From: Patescibacteria group bacterium
GTDB lineage: Bacteria > Patescibacteriota > Patescibacteriia > 2-01-FULL-39-33
DNA length: 64,000 nucleotides
Assembly (NCBI GenBank): GCA_041649575.1
Contig: JBAZMW010000003.1
Span: 122,102-186,101, forward strand
Direction of reading: 5' to 3'
Both the position numbers and the translations under genes were made by a program. Below the pieces are notes generated by a model. The model saw nothing but the letters and a program-made list of their open reading frames with translations. It had not been told where the DNA came from and did no database searches. Positions 11,301 to 18,697 of this stretch are shown piece after piece. Each line of letters opens with the position of its first letter. The stretch's first letter is position 1.

Positions 11301-12284
11301 CGGAGCGGCGGCATCGATTAAAGTCCCGGTGGAGAAGCTGCCGACGCATTGGCTGGGACTTAAGGAACAATCCAGGAGATAGCCACCGCAATTAATGGCT
11401 GTTCCGCTAATAGCAAGATTATAGGTGGCAGCGGCAGAAAAACATTTTAAATTGCCAAAAGGCCCGGGACAGCTGGTACTAGGGGTAAAAGCGGCCACCG
11501 ATCCAGTAACGACCAGGCTTCCGCCAACAGTATCGCCATTACAAGTATGATTGTTGGTATCACATGATTCCGAAAGACACTCATTATTATTAGTACAGGC
11601 TTGGCCATTGGTTAGGGTGGCTCCAGCCCGAGTAACCTTCAGATTCGAAATATCAATAGTGTTTTGATCCAAAGGATGATTAAAGAAAAACCTCACTACC
11701 ACATTTCTTAAAGCAATGTCATCCTTGGGTGTGATTTTGGTAGCCACACAGGCGCTGAGAAGGCCGCATTGGGGCGTAGTAGTGTCGCAGACGCTCCAAT
11801 AGCCACTCGCCTGACAGACTTTAGTACCGCAATTATTGGGTCCACAGGCAGCAGTCTCTCCGGGGGTGGTGCAAATCTCTAAATTACCCGAACCGGTGCC
11901 AGTAGCATTTTTCAAAAGATTGATGACAAAAGAGGCGATGGAGAAAGCCGAGAGAACAATAATCAATCCTATAACTGCTGAAATAATAATTTTTTTGGCC
12001 TTTTCGATTTTGCTTTCTTCACCCGAGGCCGTCATCCAGAGGAAGCCGGCATACAAAATTAAAATCAGAAGTACTATGCCAATAATGCCCAAAAAGATTC
12101 GAATAAAATTGACAATGACATCGATTAAATTGGAGTGAGCCAAGCCGCTACCACCAATAGTATCCAAACCAAAGTTGGTCTCTGCTTGGGCCAAAGCCAA
12201 ATTAACAAAAGTAAAGACACCGGCGATCACCAACAAGAGAATAATCGCTGTAAAAAATAATTTTTTTTGACTTCCAAAAGTCAT
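2391..12284 (-). CDS. giant (3297 aa) secreted/surface protein: N-terminal pilin-like two-helix hairpin, Myxococcus-type Cys-rich repeats, C-terminal LamG-like domain
   Basis: Single uninterrupted ORF. Signal-like N-terminus, then LILYAGFLWMTASGEESKIEKAKKIIISAVIGLIIVLSAF (two hydrophobic helices around a charged loop). Repeats CGDGLVKAGIEECDDGNTTGDDGCGVDC, CGNKKIETGEGCDDGNTSSGDGCDSKC and CGNGKIESGESCDDGNTTGGDGCGPTC. LamG-like segment near the C-terminus (..WVKITAAFKPGKYLKIFINGIQVAKE..). Many Cys pairs and Asn-rich beta-like segments. Confidence 0.8.
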   Translation of the reverse strand: MTFGSQKKLFFTAIILLLVIAGVFTFVNLALAQAETNFGLDTIGGSGLAHSNLIDVIVNFIRIFLGIIGIVLLILILYAGFLWMTASGEESKIEKAKKIIISAVIGLIIVLSAFSIASFVINLLKNATGTGSGNLEICTTPGETAACGPNNCGTKVCQASGYWSVCDTTTPQCGLLSACVATKITPKDDIALRNVVVRFFFNHPLDQNTIDISNLKVTRAGATLTNGQACTNNNECLSESCDTNNHTCNGDTVGGSLVVTGSVAAFTPSTSCPGPFGNLKCFSAAATYNLAISGTAINCGGYLLDCSLSPSQCVGSFSTGTLIDAAAPTVRVQPGSICKPDSYWAGTNNIRAIASDDAGVAYVDFFANSQAIGTDPVDTNSSAPIVAQVNWNASGVDVGERVQIKAKAYDHDSNSAENTKSFTVRPGHCCNGTRDAGQGEEGIDCGGDPKILGTNYCGACAGVDCDADRNLAACQPDDDICHYDCWDGSCKCVEPPIINYLSPADDPQGDSSRYDPATWSDDLPNGAPNNFISILGKNFSQIGSLLVNTLTYVDFEAGSLGGLPPDWYKLTKSRSTVGISDEEYFSGSKSVKIWRSANEPPNNWQVNQVRCSEDLCNGVGVYLSYPYKRNVIGGVNRGCEWDSVNNICDFPDQPMGCSAANHACKFNNGSLIDWPYHYTNNYVSFYYDISSLDFNLGDKYILRFKYKGILDRNASVKIAYSADDWASQSWPKAMAGVYTDNNCVLQGGVYCASNPGRCGCTESTSNCCVNSPIQTKPFNQQTLTALVAGNYTNWQEYEAIFTYTSEIDRLKDRNGNPHRLLIFNIADSQTGANGTNLYLDDFIFARMPTQGEVRFCGADTDGNGDPCDDADDKLGKFPSELNNKCESTWVDNQIIIAVPPEAVSGPIRVKNEFGYTDVTNNYLGPLINDFNVNSRVRPSICLMQPGYGANPNATGAADNTDIYGVNFPLATAVAQNLIWYLKEWNQNTNAWSFANVTTSPSGVTQPNWASLKITETVPANKIGWADVSVYNGAEFSNHYLFLLSSGAVGQPCGWVLGDTCNPNVSICRSGLTCNTTSCTCEVITACDHDGIIDSGEECDGANLNNTTCKSLGFTAGTVSCDSSCRLIKNCSRSEGWGSATQALFGWAFSTTNFVPPVENLCGNGRIDWPEECDGDLFRVNKQCNQVGCQAACSSSCKADCSACGGKWPSYSATQGIYAWSFLFGGNIIYDDLYVVEECQRGLSCSLGSRLGSPTPWSDGWTLEHPGVKNPQACLNAVISARFDVGVRVASFCGDNNFTEEAGIYTCTNPAQSRLVVLKCNNREGSSCVRVTSGALKVKTDNNDRNKDYFVFTPTTNLDPGSWYKVVLLQGISSEAGKVIKDETAASARAEDRFCKVNYGGGNTNNAAYCWNFETRADDDSDKICPEGCVECSPDPSWMYWPAAETNYSANLDSADNACLILNPNSYSWSWSTDTSNRVQLDDRVGAEEKGLALNETMHDNPKFTKVIASLNSAGKNDYCEAHIDFTNPYIVEDDNCSSGNIQSPTPWPNSRDAYINAMLGVRFSKNMFNGSLVAGSFILQKCGSETEFNVSGCDEEVNLSSIDIFSYSPEIDASGLTREEIINRLNLLNEHGLPEGVVITPSSNFDAFTWYRIIILGGENGVRGEAASGLSEGILMTDNSFNEEVRTGWDYIPSGQTAGDGQDDYYWIFKTGNQLGKINSVSVNPHLKFMPLTDDTQIYKAWPQAANCNILNPASYVWNWRSLIKLADDSQETNSTGGTGIAVAGICNKDATSCDGYADPAVNTTKVFAKTEGDTNIKARAKNTRDQDCSWNDSNCGDRWGFGQLFIGFENLRITSRYPSCDNSGVNPNYISEGICTNSVVGLDFSLDVDMNTFLANDDIILFKEGAVGGEQSLTITEPTAGSQRYTKNIRLTRSGGDLLDSTSTYRVVVKGGADGVIAWNGKQLASLNYVTGGRGEDCDKNAYPWNTVSGVCTDNCLLNPASDLCNISGGRFKQCSDTDSNNAVDYCDTTCHNLGNNNTASCGDGLVKAGIEECDDGNTTGDDGCGVDCKLEGANQKYGSLCGNKKIETGEGCDDGNTSSGDGCDSKCLPESGRPAGSRPNAPICGNGKIESGESCDDGNTTGGDGCGPTCLRTGSASGAVCGNGKVETGQPDSYSWRFKTLDKPCEVGRVQVLPQKLIINSVGVLPQAHWANPYSASSACNKEGQLLSPICYNWSWGTWNRPLGTYYSIDKYLPPDAVRNNLTCAAGGHPLAWGANYKALDSITDGLIQYITAKISGGKSCGDTGDCGELEVQCSFCNTGGERDLDNVCSDINNKGVGKDCCCHWRPIATPISPTNICPNEVIDIKFTAADGSNINMDMESLTTTTMSTLSGEWNNLNVRLYESPVPSGLNIFGLGKNNFLARFLLKAGNVLAKLFGQGLPAQANPTDLIPIKASAVNLGGATHLLITPQRLLDKNKDYVVWVNGDGDTGDGSRRGVLSQWGVSMSGDKLFTFHTLNQEYCRVEKVFVYAQPPVEFKGPVTDDTFFCKGDDCGKNTSEDLLDDDVSANWNTNYPAQYQAANLVGNQHFYWAKAADVTGNHILNANYKWEIVGPRLLAVDNSSSPQIADWNQTVEGFQSVFVTAYGNNTVNGSTAVRVTASGVVSGAGSAATSVFERVFICDNPWPQIGDFPFRDFIGSASIPAATPITNFETYYCRDRGEAALVDDLPSLNRVAISGREDIIKEFLLTNKDNPLQVKDRVGFNNLAILGSVELVTGEQGRAAKFLGRTADYLTAIDASGNPTNPFNAITGELTVSALVNLSEASLGAGRVIAGNYYWNSNPRLERGWLLGKAIGQEDSLDFIVFDASGNTSLVKYDNFFRDYGNKWVKITAAFKPGKYLKIFINGIQVAKEENNIISGVAYQAGVPFRIGHRADTADQGMWQGYIDEVKIYNKAEPQTDDDGLISYYSFEDASDAIGLRVIKNPNHYSPLVWYQQTFDPKKQGQPKSLTVDGYQAVSEGRTTYVAGADLDNNANNIYTSIYLVSYSQDASGDTKEIYKQLVNNFQLNAGVTADINGGLQDRFGSCSKDNSKKCLVDNQCSKGGFGYCSSDKAKLTRDAKRISDIQEFNLLLDNYYNQKRCANDHQKLCYNSFSCYGGASCGNYYPPLLSGTYVVNRTYSVWPSWQATLANALGKALPADPLNKLEGCAGDYDPATCWDKINKKMQCPTDAYVYSYYVLKDPIDGLIGKKKNIFANGEYNKDGTKWLPAWSSVELINKNTDNANIFGGLNTADFCH

Positions 12285-12319
12285 GATTAAAGACTAAGAT
12301 TATCTAAAAACAATTTTGA

Positions 12320-15300
12320 TTAACGCATAACTCCCAAACAACATTCATTGCCGCTGGCCAGTCCCTTGGTGATTATCCATAAACCGGGCTTGTCGTCCGG
12401 ATGAGCCGTATCCTTTTCACAAGCATTAGAATTACTATTGCCTTCCGAACCTCCGACCTCTGAACAAGTCTTCCAATTGGAATCGTTTGTCGGACGACAT
12501 TGACCAAAACAGCAACCGGTACGACCGCTGGCATCGGCCGTGGATTTATCCTTGGAGATTACCCAGCTGCCGGAGAGATAACTAAGAGGAGTGTTGGGAT
12601 TATAATAAGAAACAAAACAAATTTTATTGCTATTATAATCACAGACGCTAGCGCCATTAATACTACTGCAATTTAAACGACCATAAGAGGCCGGGTTGGG
12701 CAATTTGACTTGAGCATTGACCAAATCGGCGTCTCTGACGCAACCAACCGTATTATTACTGCCAACGGATTCATAGCCACAAGCATTGGTTGATCCGGTG
12801 ACCCCGGCTTCAGCAGCATTTTTGGGGCCACCAGCCGGCAAAAAGCAGTTTTGGGTAACCGACTGAACACCCGAACCAGACAAAGGGCCATACTCAACGT
12901 TTGGATCAAAGGGATTATGGCTAATCAAAGCCTCGGTGTACTCGGCCCAACCATCATTATTATTGTCTCGATCGGCCTGGCTAAGCCAATAACCCACCGC
13001 TATCTGATTTTGTGTCAGGGTCTCAAGAGCAATATAGCGCTGGGCCTTGTCTTTGTCAGTAGAACCATAATTCCAACCCGGTTTGATGGTATAACTGCGC
13101 ATCAAGCGATCAAAAGTCAAGTGAATCAATTCGTTACGGTCAGAAACTGACATTTGAGAAACCGGACTAATGGTTTTTAATAGTGGCGCTTTAATGTCAA
13201 TTTCGCTTGATAACTTAAAAGACCAAGTAAAATCATCGCCAAAACCAGAAACGGCAAAAATCGGAGTTGAAGAACTATAACTAATGACTCGATTACCAAG
13301 ACTGTAACAATTGCTAATGCCAATTCCTCCACTACAAATTATGCCTTCATTTAGATTGTAAGCAGTTCGACCCGATTGACCATTGCCATTTTGTGATTTG
13401 CCCTGAGCCAGCCCAACCCGCTGGCCATCATTATCCAAATAATAGTCAAAGCTACCATTAAAAGCGTTTTTGGACATATCCACCAAACCCGAGGCAGAGG
13501 TTCTGGCGAGCGGATAGAAAACGGTTTTAGAGCCAATGGTTTTTTGACAACGACCATGGCCATCACTAGCGCCTCCCCACTGAACGCATTTGGCGTCGGC
13601 ACTATCTATTAGATCAGAGGAGATTAAATTAATGGAATATGAGGTTGAAGTGGCAATCTCTCCGGCAGCCAAGCTGGCTATGGGCCAACAAGTCATCTCA
13701 TCGCCGCAGCTATTAGTCGCTCCACAAGAAGCGCTTGGCTTTAGACCAACGGTGTGATACTGATTGGAAAATTCCAAAACAAACTGGTCGTTATTAAGAT
13801 TTTGCCAAGTGTTATCGCTTTGTCTGAGACCAACTTTTATACTATCGTGCGTTATCGATAGAGGGTTGATGGCCTCGTTGAAGGTAACCTGAAAAATAGT
13901 ATTTCTAAAAGGGTCGGCTAACCCCTTAACCGCTCTTTGGCTAGAGGCGTCCTGCGCCGGAGTAATATTGGAAAAAACTACTGACGCTGGTGTATTTTTG
14001 CCAGTAAATCTTAAATTATATCTATTGGCTATAGAACCGGTGGTCTTGGTTTGCAAATCGCTACCAGCTCCAGCTTCAAAAATATTAGAAGCTATCAGCT
14101 TGTTTTTTATCGCCTGCCTATCGGTAGTGGCATTATTAGTGACTGCGATATCTTTACCAAGAATATAAGTATTGATCGCATTATTATTTTCCAAAATTTC
14201 AATTTTGTCGCCGGCCTGAGAAGCTGTGACATTAAAAGTCCAGTTAGTAACGCCGCTGGGCGAAGCAGCCAGAATAAACGTCAAACCATAGGGACCGATA
14301 TTAACCGTGCGACTAGAGGCGGAATATGGGCCATTATTAACATCGTTCATACCGCCAGGCCAATTGACATCAACTTTATTATTATTAGCGTCAATAGAGA
14401 CAACGACAGCGCCGCTAGCTGAACCACCATAGCTGCCAGTAAGACTGGCGGCTGGAGCATTAGGATTGGTGCTTGATGGTTGTGTGTAACCTTGATCAAC
14501 CTGGGGGGTGATAGTATTAAGAACCGTTAAGTTGAACTTGCTAACCGTGGGGGCGGAGGGAGAACTATAAACATCACCCTCGCCGTCGGGATAAGGATAA
14601 ACACCAGTAATATCGACTATCTCCGGCGGATCTAAGTCTAATTCTCCATTGGTAGTAAAATCCCAAAGATATTGTTTATTGATCAGGGAATTGAAAACCG
14701 AACGATCCGGTTCTTGAACCGATCTGACGCCTTCCTGCAAAGTCACCTGAAAGCGGCGATTAATTTTATCTTCCGCGCCCAGATAGGTCTCTGGCGTAAA
14801 AACAAAAGTCTTGTTGTCACTACTGGCAACCATCGTATTGTCGTAGCTGTCGAAACCAAAAGGATCGGTACTGGGAACGCAATTATTCTGATTGTCGAGT
14901 AAACAAATTTTAACATTTTTTATTCTTTCGTTGTCGCACCTACCATCACTATTAGAGTCATCACAAATGGTATCGGATTTAATTGGTACTTTAAAAGTAA
15001 CCGCTATAATTGTGTTGATTGGCACCTCTGTCTGGCCCGGGGTCGGATAAACGCTTTCGATTGGTCCGCGCCCAATACCCCAGCGACCGGGATCAATCGT
15101 CGGGCCACCGGGAGTGGTTCCCGGACCGCCGCCAAAGGTGGCGCCGGTTAGTATTCTTAAAACAAAAGTTACAATACTGAAAGCCGAAAGAATAATAATA
15201 AAGCCAATAATCGCTTGGGTCATTATCTTTTTGGCCTTTTCGATTTTGCTTTCTTCGCCCGCGGCCGTCATCCATAAGAAACCGGCGTAAAGAATCAGTA

Positions 15301-15553
15301 GCAACAAAATAATTCCTAAAACGCCTAAAATCGCCTGGATAATTCTGGCTATCACTACCCTCAAATCGGTCTGGGGCAAAGCCGAATTAAGGTTGCTTAG
15401 GCCAAAATTAGTATCGACGGGATTGGCCGGAGAAGCTGCTGCTAACTGCGGCACAGCTACTAGTAACAAAAAAACTACCAAAAAAATTGCCAAAAACAGC
15501 TTTCTGGTAGTTAGCGACGACCTTTGCATGGAAAAAAGTCGCGACTTAATCAT
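12320..15553 (-). CDS. large (1077 aa) secreted/surface protein, paralogous N-terminal pilin-like module
   Basis: The N-terminal approx 130 aa parallels the 3297-aa protein (DTNFGL.., LILYAGFLWMTAAGEESKIEKAKKIM..SAFSIVTFV). The remainder is a Cys-containing, Asn/Ser/Thr-rich ectodomain. It sits 35 nt upstream of the giant gene. Confidence 0.8.
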   Translation of the reverse strand: MIKSRLFSMQRSSLTTRKLFLAIFLVVFLLLVAVPQLAAASPANPVDTNFGLSNLNSALPQTDLRVVIARIIQAILGVLGIILLLLILYAGFLWMTAAGEESKIEKAKKIMTQAIIGFIIILSAFSIVTFVLRILTGATFGGGPGTTPGGPTIDPGRWGIGRGPIESVYPTPGQTEVPINTIIAVTFKVPIKSDTICDDSNSDGRCDNERIKNVKICLLDNQNNCVPSTDPFGFDSYDNTMVASSDNKTFVFTPETYLGAEDKINRRFQVTLQEGVRSVQEPDRSVFNSLINKQYLWDFTTNGELDLDPPEIVDITGVYPYPDGEGDVYSSPSAPTVSKFNLTVLNTITPQVDQGYTQPSSTNPNAPAASLTGSYGGSASGAVVVSIDANNNKVDVNWPGGMNDVNNGPYSASSRTVNIGPYGLTFILAASPSGVTNWTFNVTASQAGDKIEILENNNAINTYILGKDIAVTNNATTDRQAIKNKLIASNIFEAGAGSDLQTKTTGSIANRYNLRFTGKNTPASVVFSNITPAQDASSQRAVKGLADPFRNTIFQVTFNEAINPLSITHDSIKVGLRQSDNTWQNLNNDQFVLEFSNQYHTVGLKPSASCGATNSCGDEMTCWPIASLAAGEIATSTSYSINLISSDLIDSADAKCVQWGGASDGHGRCQKTIGSKTVFYPLARTSASGLVDMSKNAFNGSFDYYLDNDGQRVGLAQGKSQNGNGQSGRTAYNLNEGIICSGGIGISNCYSLGNRVISYSSSTPIFAVSGFGDDFTWSFKLSSEIDIKAPLLKTISPVSQMSVSDRNELIHLTFDRLMRSYTIKPGWNYGSTDKDKAQRYIALETLTQNQIAVGYWLSQADRDNNNDGWAEYTEALISHNPFDPNVEYGPLSGSGVQSVTQNCFLPAGGPKNAAEAGVTGSTNACGYESVGSNNTVGCVRDADLVNAQVKLPNPASYGRLNCSSINGASVCDYNSNKICFVSYYNPNTPLSYLSGSWVISKDKSTADASGRTGCCFGQCRPTNDSNWKTCSEVGGSEGNSNSNACEKDTAHPDDKPGLWIITKGLASGNECCLGVMR

Positions 15554-15607
15554 AAATTTTAATTATTTTTATTTAGGTTGTAAAAAATTATCAGCCAGAT
15601 CGCCGGC

Positions 15608-16138
15608 CTACTTATTTAGTTCTTCTTTAACCAGACGAGAAACCAGCTGGCCATCTGCTTGAACGCCTAATTGTTTCATTACTTGCCCCATAACTTTGCC
15701 AAAATCGGCTGGACCGACAGGGCCGGCAGCGGCAATTACCTCTTTAACTATTCCCAAAACCTGCTCCTGGGAGAGCTGCGGCGGCAAATATTTATTTAAA
15801 ATATCGATCTCCGCCTGTTCCTTACCCACCAAGTCATCACGCTTAGCGGCCTGATAGGACTCCACCGAATCCTTGCGTTTTTTTATTTCGCTTTTCAAAA
15901 CCGCTACCACCTCCTCGTCTGGAAGAAAATCTTCTTTGGGCAATGTTTTTTCAATTTTTTTATTTTGCAGAGCGGCCTTCAACATTCTTAAAGTAGAAAC
16001 CAGGGATTCTTCTCTGGCTTTTAAGGCGACGAGAAAATCTTCTTCTATTTTTTTTTGTAAAGACATGATTTTGTTAAAATAATTAACTCCTTTTGGGATG
16101 TCCCTCAAATGGCTGCAAACTTGCCTTGGATAAAACAA
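15608..16138 (-). CDS. GatB/YqeY domain protein
   Basis: 176 aa; the C-terminal half (..LSQEQVLGIVKEVIAAAGPVGPADFGKVMGQVMKQLGVQADGQLVSRLVKEEL) is typical of the YqeY family. Confidence 0.7.
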   Translation of the reverse strand: MFYPRQVCSHLRDIPKGVNYFNKIMSLQKKIEEDFLVALKAREESLVSTLRMLKAALQNKKIEKTLPKEDFLPDEEVVAVLKSEIKKRKDSVESYQAAKRDDLVGKEQAEIDILNKYLPPQLSQEQVLGIVKEVIAAAGPVGPADFGKVMGQVMKQLGVQADGQLVSRLVKEELNK

Positions 16139-16169
16139 ATTTGCAGATGATTTGTGGACTTCCGGAGCT

Positions 16170-16412
16170 TTAACGATCTCTGGAATCTTCTACTAATTTA
16201 CCAATTTTTTTCAGATACTCTCGCTTCTGATTGATCTTATCGCGTCTGGCGGCAGCAGCTCTAACGGCTGTTTTATTTTTTTTACGTTCGTGATAACGTA
16301 TTTTTCGCGACTGAATCAACCGACCGCTTTGCTGAATTTTTTTGTTAAATCTTCTAACCAACGCTTCAAAGGTTTCTCCCCTTTTTCTTCTAACCTCGGC
16401 CACAAAACTCAC
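16170..16412 (-). CDS. rpsU: 30S ribosomal protein S21
   Basis: 80 aa, basic; ..RRKRGETFEALVRRFNKK.. matches the S21 pattern. Confidence 0.85.
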   Translation of the reverse strand: MSFVAEVRRKRGETFEALVRRFNKKIQQSGRLIQSRKIRYHERKKNKTAVRAAAARRDKINQKREYLKKIGKLVEDSRDR

Positions 16413-16434
16413 CTCTCTTTCTAAAAATTTTATC

Positions 16435-17862
16435 TTAATTATTTATTAATTTATTTTGCTTTTCTGAACTTGAACCAGTTGCCGCATTAATTTCCATAAA
16501 ACTATTTTCCTTGTATTTTTCCAAACGTTTTTTTATTTCCAAGACAATTTTATTAAAATCAACCACTTCCTGCACACCGCCCTCCATGTCGCGAATCAAA
16601 ATAGTGCCGTCGCTGATCTCCTTTTGGCCCAAAATCAAGGTAAACTTTACTTTTAGTTTATTGGCTTGCTCCAATTGGTTTTTCAAGCTGTCCTTATAGA
16701 AAGCCTGGGCTAACCGAAAATCACTTTTTCTCAACTTTTCGTATAAAACCATGGCTTTTCTCTTGGCCGGCTCTCCCAGTTGAGCCAAAAAGATATCCGG
16801 CTGATAAATTTCTGGTATGGCAATTTCTTTTTCTCTTAATTTGGCGACCAGGCGATCCAGACCCATGGCCAGGCCCACTCCCGGCGTCTCCTCTCGGCCA
16901 CCCATAATTTTGACCAAACCGTCATAACGACCGCCGCCGCCAAAAGCATTCTTGCCTTCGTTATCATCAATCGACCAATATTCAAAAATAGTTTTGGTGT
17001 AATAATCCAGGCCCCGAACAATATAAGGATTTAAAACATAAGGCAAGTCTAATTCGTCCAGATACTCGACTACCTTCATAAAATGAGTTTTGCATTCTTC
17101 ATCAAGATAATCTAAAATTTGTGGCGCCTCTTCGCGTAAATTGCGACAACTCTCCTCTTTGCAATCCAGTAATCTTAAAGGGTTTTTTGTCAAACGCACC
17201 TTACAGCTTTCGCATAACAATTTGGCTTTGGGACGATAATATTTCACCAATTCTTTTTTGTACTCTTCGCGGCAAGCCGGACAACCAATACTATTAACCT
17301 GAATTATCGATTCTAAGCCCAATTCATTCAAACTATTCCAGCCCATCAGGATTAATTGAGCGTCAAGGGCCGGGCTAATTTCTCCAATGGCTTCCCAGCC
17401 AAATTGATAGAACTGCCGGAACCGGCCGGATTGAGGTTTTTCATGACGAAACATCGGACCAAGATAAAACAGCTTGACGGGTTGCGGCTGATTGATCATC
17501 CCGTGCTGAATATAGGCTCGCACCACCGAAGCGGTCATTTCTGGACGCAGCGCCAGCTGATCACCGCCCTGATCAACAAAGGCAAACATTTCTTTTTCTA
17601 TCACGTCTGTCTGTTTACCAATACCGCGAACAAAAACTTCCAAATTTTCGAGGATGGGAGTGTTGATTAGAGAGTAGCCATAATCTAAACTAATCTTGGT
17701 CGCAATTTTTTTGACCATTTCCCAATACTTTTGATCTTGTGGCAAAATGTCGCGCATACCAGTAACAGTCGAGAGCTCCCTCTTGCCCTTGCGTTGTTTT
17801 TTGCCAGTCTTAGCTTCACTATCTTTGTCTGCTTTTTTTTCTATTTTTTTTGGTCTAGCCAT
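16435..17862 (-). CDS. hisS: histidyl-tRNA synthetase
   Basis: Class II aaRS motifs: GMRDILP, LRPEMTASVVRAY, GGGGRYDGL; C-terminal anticodon-binding domain. Confidence 0.9.
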   Translation of the reverse strand: MARPKKIEKKADKDSEAKTGKKQRKGKRELSTVTGMRDILPQDQKYWEMVKKIATKISLDYGYSLINTPILENLEVFVRGIGKQTDVIEKEMFAFVDQGGDQLALRPEMTASVVRAYIQHGMINQPQPVKLFYLGPMFRHEKPQSGRFRQFYQFGWEAIGEISPALDAQLILMGWNSLNELGLESIIQVNSIGCPACREEYKKELVKYYRPKAKLLCESCKVRLTKNPLRLLDCKEESCRNLREEAPQILDYLDEECKTHFMKVVEYLDELDLPYVLNPYIVRGLDYYTKTIFEYWSIDDNEGKNAFGGGGRYDGLVKIMGGREETPGVGLAMGLDRLVAKLREKEIAIPEIYQPDIFLAQLGEPAKRKAMVLYEKLRKSDFRLAQAFYKDSLKNQLEQANKLKVKFTLILGQKEISDGTILIRDMEGGVQEVVDFNKIVLEIKKRLEKYKENSFMEINAATGSSSEKQNKLINN

Positions 17863-17870
17863 GTTTAGGA

Positions 17871-18497
17871 TTATTTATATTCTGGTGAATTAAAAACTGT
17901 CAGGCGAGTAAAGGGCCAACCTCTCAACCAAGTACGACCAATGATGAAATCGCGTTTAACCGGACCAAAAACTCGAGAATCAAGACTCTGGTCGCGGTTA
18001 TCTCCCAGTAAGAAATATTCATCATTATTTAAAGTGACATTGCTATAGCCTTCGAAGGGCAAATCGGTTTCCATGCCCGGCATGAGATACTCTTCGGTTA
18101 GGGGACCACTAAAACTACCACTGGTAATAAAAACTCGTCCCGACTTGATCTCCACCCTGTCTCCCGGCAAACCCACAACCCTCTTAATAAAATATTGACT
18201 AGGATCTTTGGGGTATTTAAAAACAACTATATCGCCACGTTTGGGTTCGGCGAACCGGTAACTAATCTCGTCGATTATGAGGTACTCATGATCATAAAAA
18301 TTCGGCTCCATGGAAGCACCTTTCACATAGAAAGGCTGAATCAGGAAATAACGAATCGGTAAAATAATAACCAGAGAAATGATCGAGACTTTGACCATTT
18401 CCCAAATAAACTCGACAACCGCCTTGGTTTTTGATCTTCTTACAACTGGCGGGTAGCCGGTCAAACCTAAATTATCATTCGGATCAAAATTATCCAT
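17871..18497 (-). CDS. lepB: signal peptidase I
   Basis: GASMEPNF (catalytic Ser box), RGDIVVF, KRVVGLPGD, YFLLGDNRDQSLDSR boxes. Confidence 0.85.
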   Translation of the reverse strand: MDNFDPNDNLGLTGYPPVVRRSKTKAVVEFIWEMVKVSIISLVIILPIRYFLIQPFYVKGASMEPNFYDHEYLIIDEISYRFAEPKRGDIVVFKYPKDPSQYFIKRVVGLPGDRVEIKSGRVFITSGSFSGPLTEEYLMPGMETDLPFEGYSNVTLNNDEYFLLGDNRDQSLDSRVFGPVKRDFIIGRTWLRGWPFTRLTVFNSPEYK

Positions 18498-18697
18498 GGT
18501 TTGGACTTTTCCCCTTTTTATTAGCGGAAAAATAATATTACTTGATATTTAATCTTATTATAACACAAAATCAATATTTTACAATAGCTAAAATAATTAA
18601 TTTCAAGCATTACTATAACATTTTTCCTTGGCAAATTTCAAGTTATGGTTTATAATGATAATATTGCTAAAATTTTTAATCTAACCAAAAAATAATA

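Noticed and set aside
2489-11321. Numerous plus-strand ORFs (60-186 aa) antisense to the 3297-aa gene, and similar ones inside the 1077-aa and 1948-aa genes
   Set aside because: They lie entirely within long uninterrupted ORFs on the opposite strand, are low-complexity, and lack start contexts. Treated as shadow ORFs.
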